From the human T2T-CHM13v2.0 reference genome, Homo sapiens, in the NCBI RefSeq assembly GCF_009914755.1, contig NC_060939.1: a stretch of DNA of 64,000 nucleotides; one strand, written 5' to 3'. This document shows positions 63,069 to 64,000 of the stretch, one piece after another. Both the position numbers and the translations under genes were made by a program. The number at the start of each line of letters is the position of its first letter. Positions within the stretch are counted from its first letter, which is position 1. The notes beneath the pieces are model-generated. The model worked only from the letters and a program-made list of their open reading frames with translations, was not told the DNA's origin and ran no database searches.

Positions 63069-64000
63069 TGTATGGGTGAACCTGCCCCGATAGTCACGTA
63101 GGTTCTTTTCTGTTTTCCCTAAGTGTCGGCCAGCTTGAGAAATAAAGGGACAGAGTACAAAAGAGAGAAATTTTAAAGCTGGGCATCTGGGGGAGACATC
63201 ACATGTCGGTAGGTTCCGTGATGCCCCACAAGCCACAAAACCAGCAAGTTTTTATTAGGGACTTTCCAAAGGGGAGGGAGTGTAGGAATAGGGTGTGGGT
63301 CACAGACATCAAATACTTCACAAGGTAATAGAATATCACAAGGCAAATGGAAGCAGGGCAAGATCACAGGACCACAGGACCGGGGCAAAATTAAAATTGC
63401 TAATGAAGTTTCGGGCACCATTGTCATTGATAACATCTTATCAGGAGACAGGGTTTTGAGAGCAACTGGTCTGACCAAAATTTATTAGGTGGGAATTTCC
63501 TCTTCCTAATAAGCCTGGGAGCGCCATGGGAGACTGGGGTCTATTTCACCTCTACAGTTTCAACCACAGAAGACGGCCACGCCCAGGGGGGCCAGTTCAG
63601 AGACCCACCCCCAGGCGTGTATTCTGTTTCCCAGGGATGTTCCTTGCTGAGAAAAAGAATTCAGCGATATTTCTCCCATTTGCTTTTGAAAGAAGAGAAA
63701 TATGGCTCTGTTCCACCCTGCTCACCGGTGGTCAGAGTTTAAGGTTATCTCTCTTGTTCCCTAAACAATTGCTGTTATCCTGTTCTTTTTTCAAGGTGCC
63801 CAGATTTCATATTGTTTAAACACACATGCTCTACAATTTGTGTAGTTAACACAATTATCACAGGGTCCTGCAGCGACATGCATCCTCCTCAGGTTACAAG
63901 ATGACAGGATTAAGAGATTAAAGACAGGCAAAGGAAGTCACAAGGGTATTGACTGGGGAAGTGATAAGTGTCCATGAAATCTTCACAATTTATGTTTATA
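63069..64000 (-). mobile_element. MER11 LTR (HERV-K11/HML-8), runs off the window end
   Basis: Minus strand ACATAAATTGTGAAGATTTCATGGACACTTATCACTTCCCC...CTTAGGGAAAACAGAAAAGAACCTACGTGACTATCGGGG. Confidence 0.9.

Overview
Primate (human or great-ape) genomic DNA, essentially intergenic and dominated by transposable elements; no intact protein-coding gene is supported. All long ORFs are L1 ORF1/ORF2 fragments, Alu-derived, or an RPS12 processed pseudogene. The one clear functional gene is an intact tRNA-Cys(GCA) at 45982-46054, which from memory resembles the solitary 15q25 isodecoder (unverified). The most notable structures are: (1) a non-TE tandem duplication at 39.27-40.57 kb in which a cassette with short terminal inverted repeats is flipped in the second copy; (2) a full-length L1PA2/3 carrying a ~260-bp 3' transduction, inserted 66 bp behind the tRNA; (3) an L1-in-L1 insertion with a twin-priming micro-inversion and a tiny 3' transduction; (4) a young, near-perfect ~88-bp-arm hairpin made inside an old L2; (5) an RPS12 retrocopy whose 3' end is lost at an Alu without a target-site duplication (TSD). 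Repeat subfamily names come from remembered consensus sequences, and boundaries of old elements are approximate.
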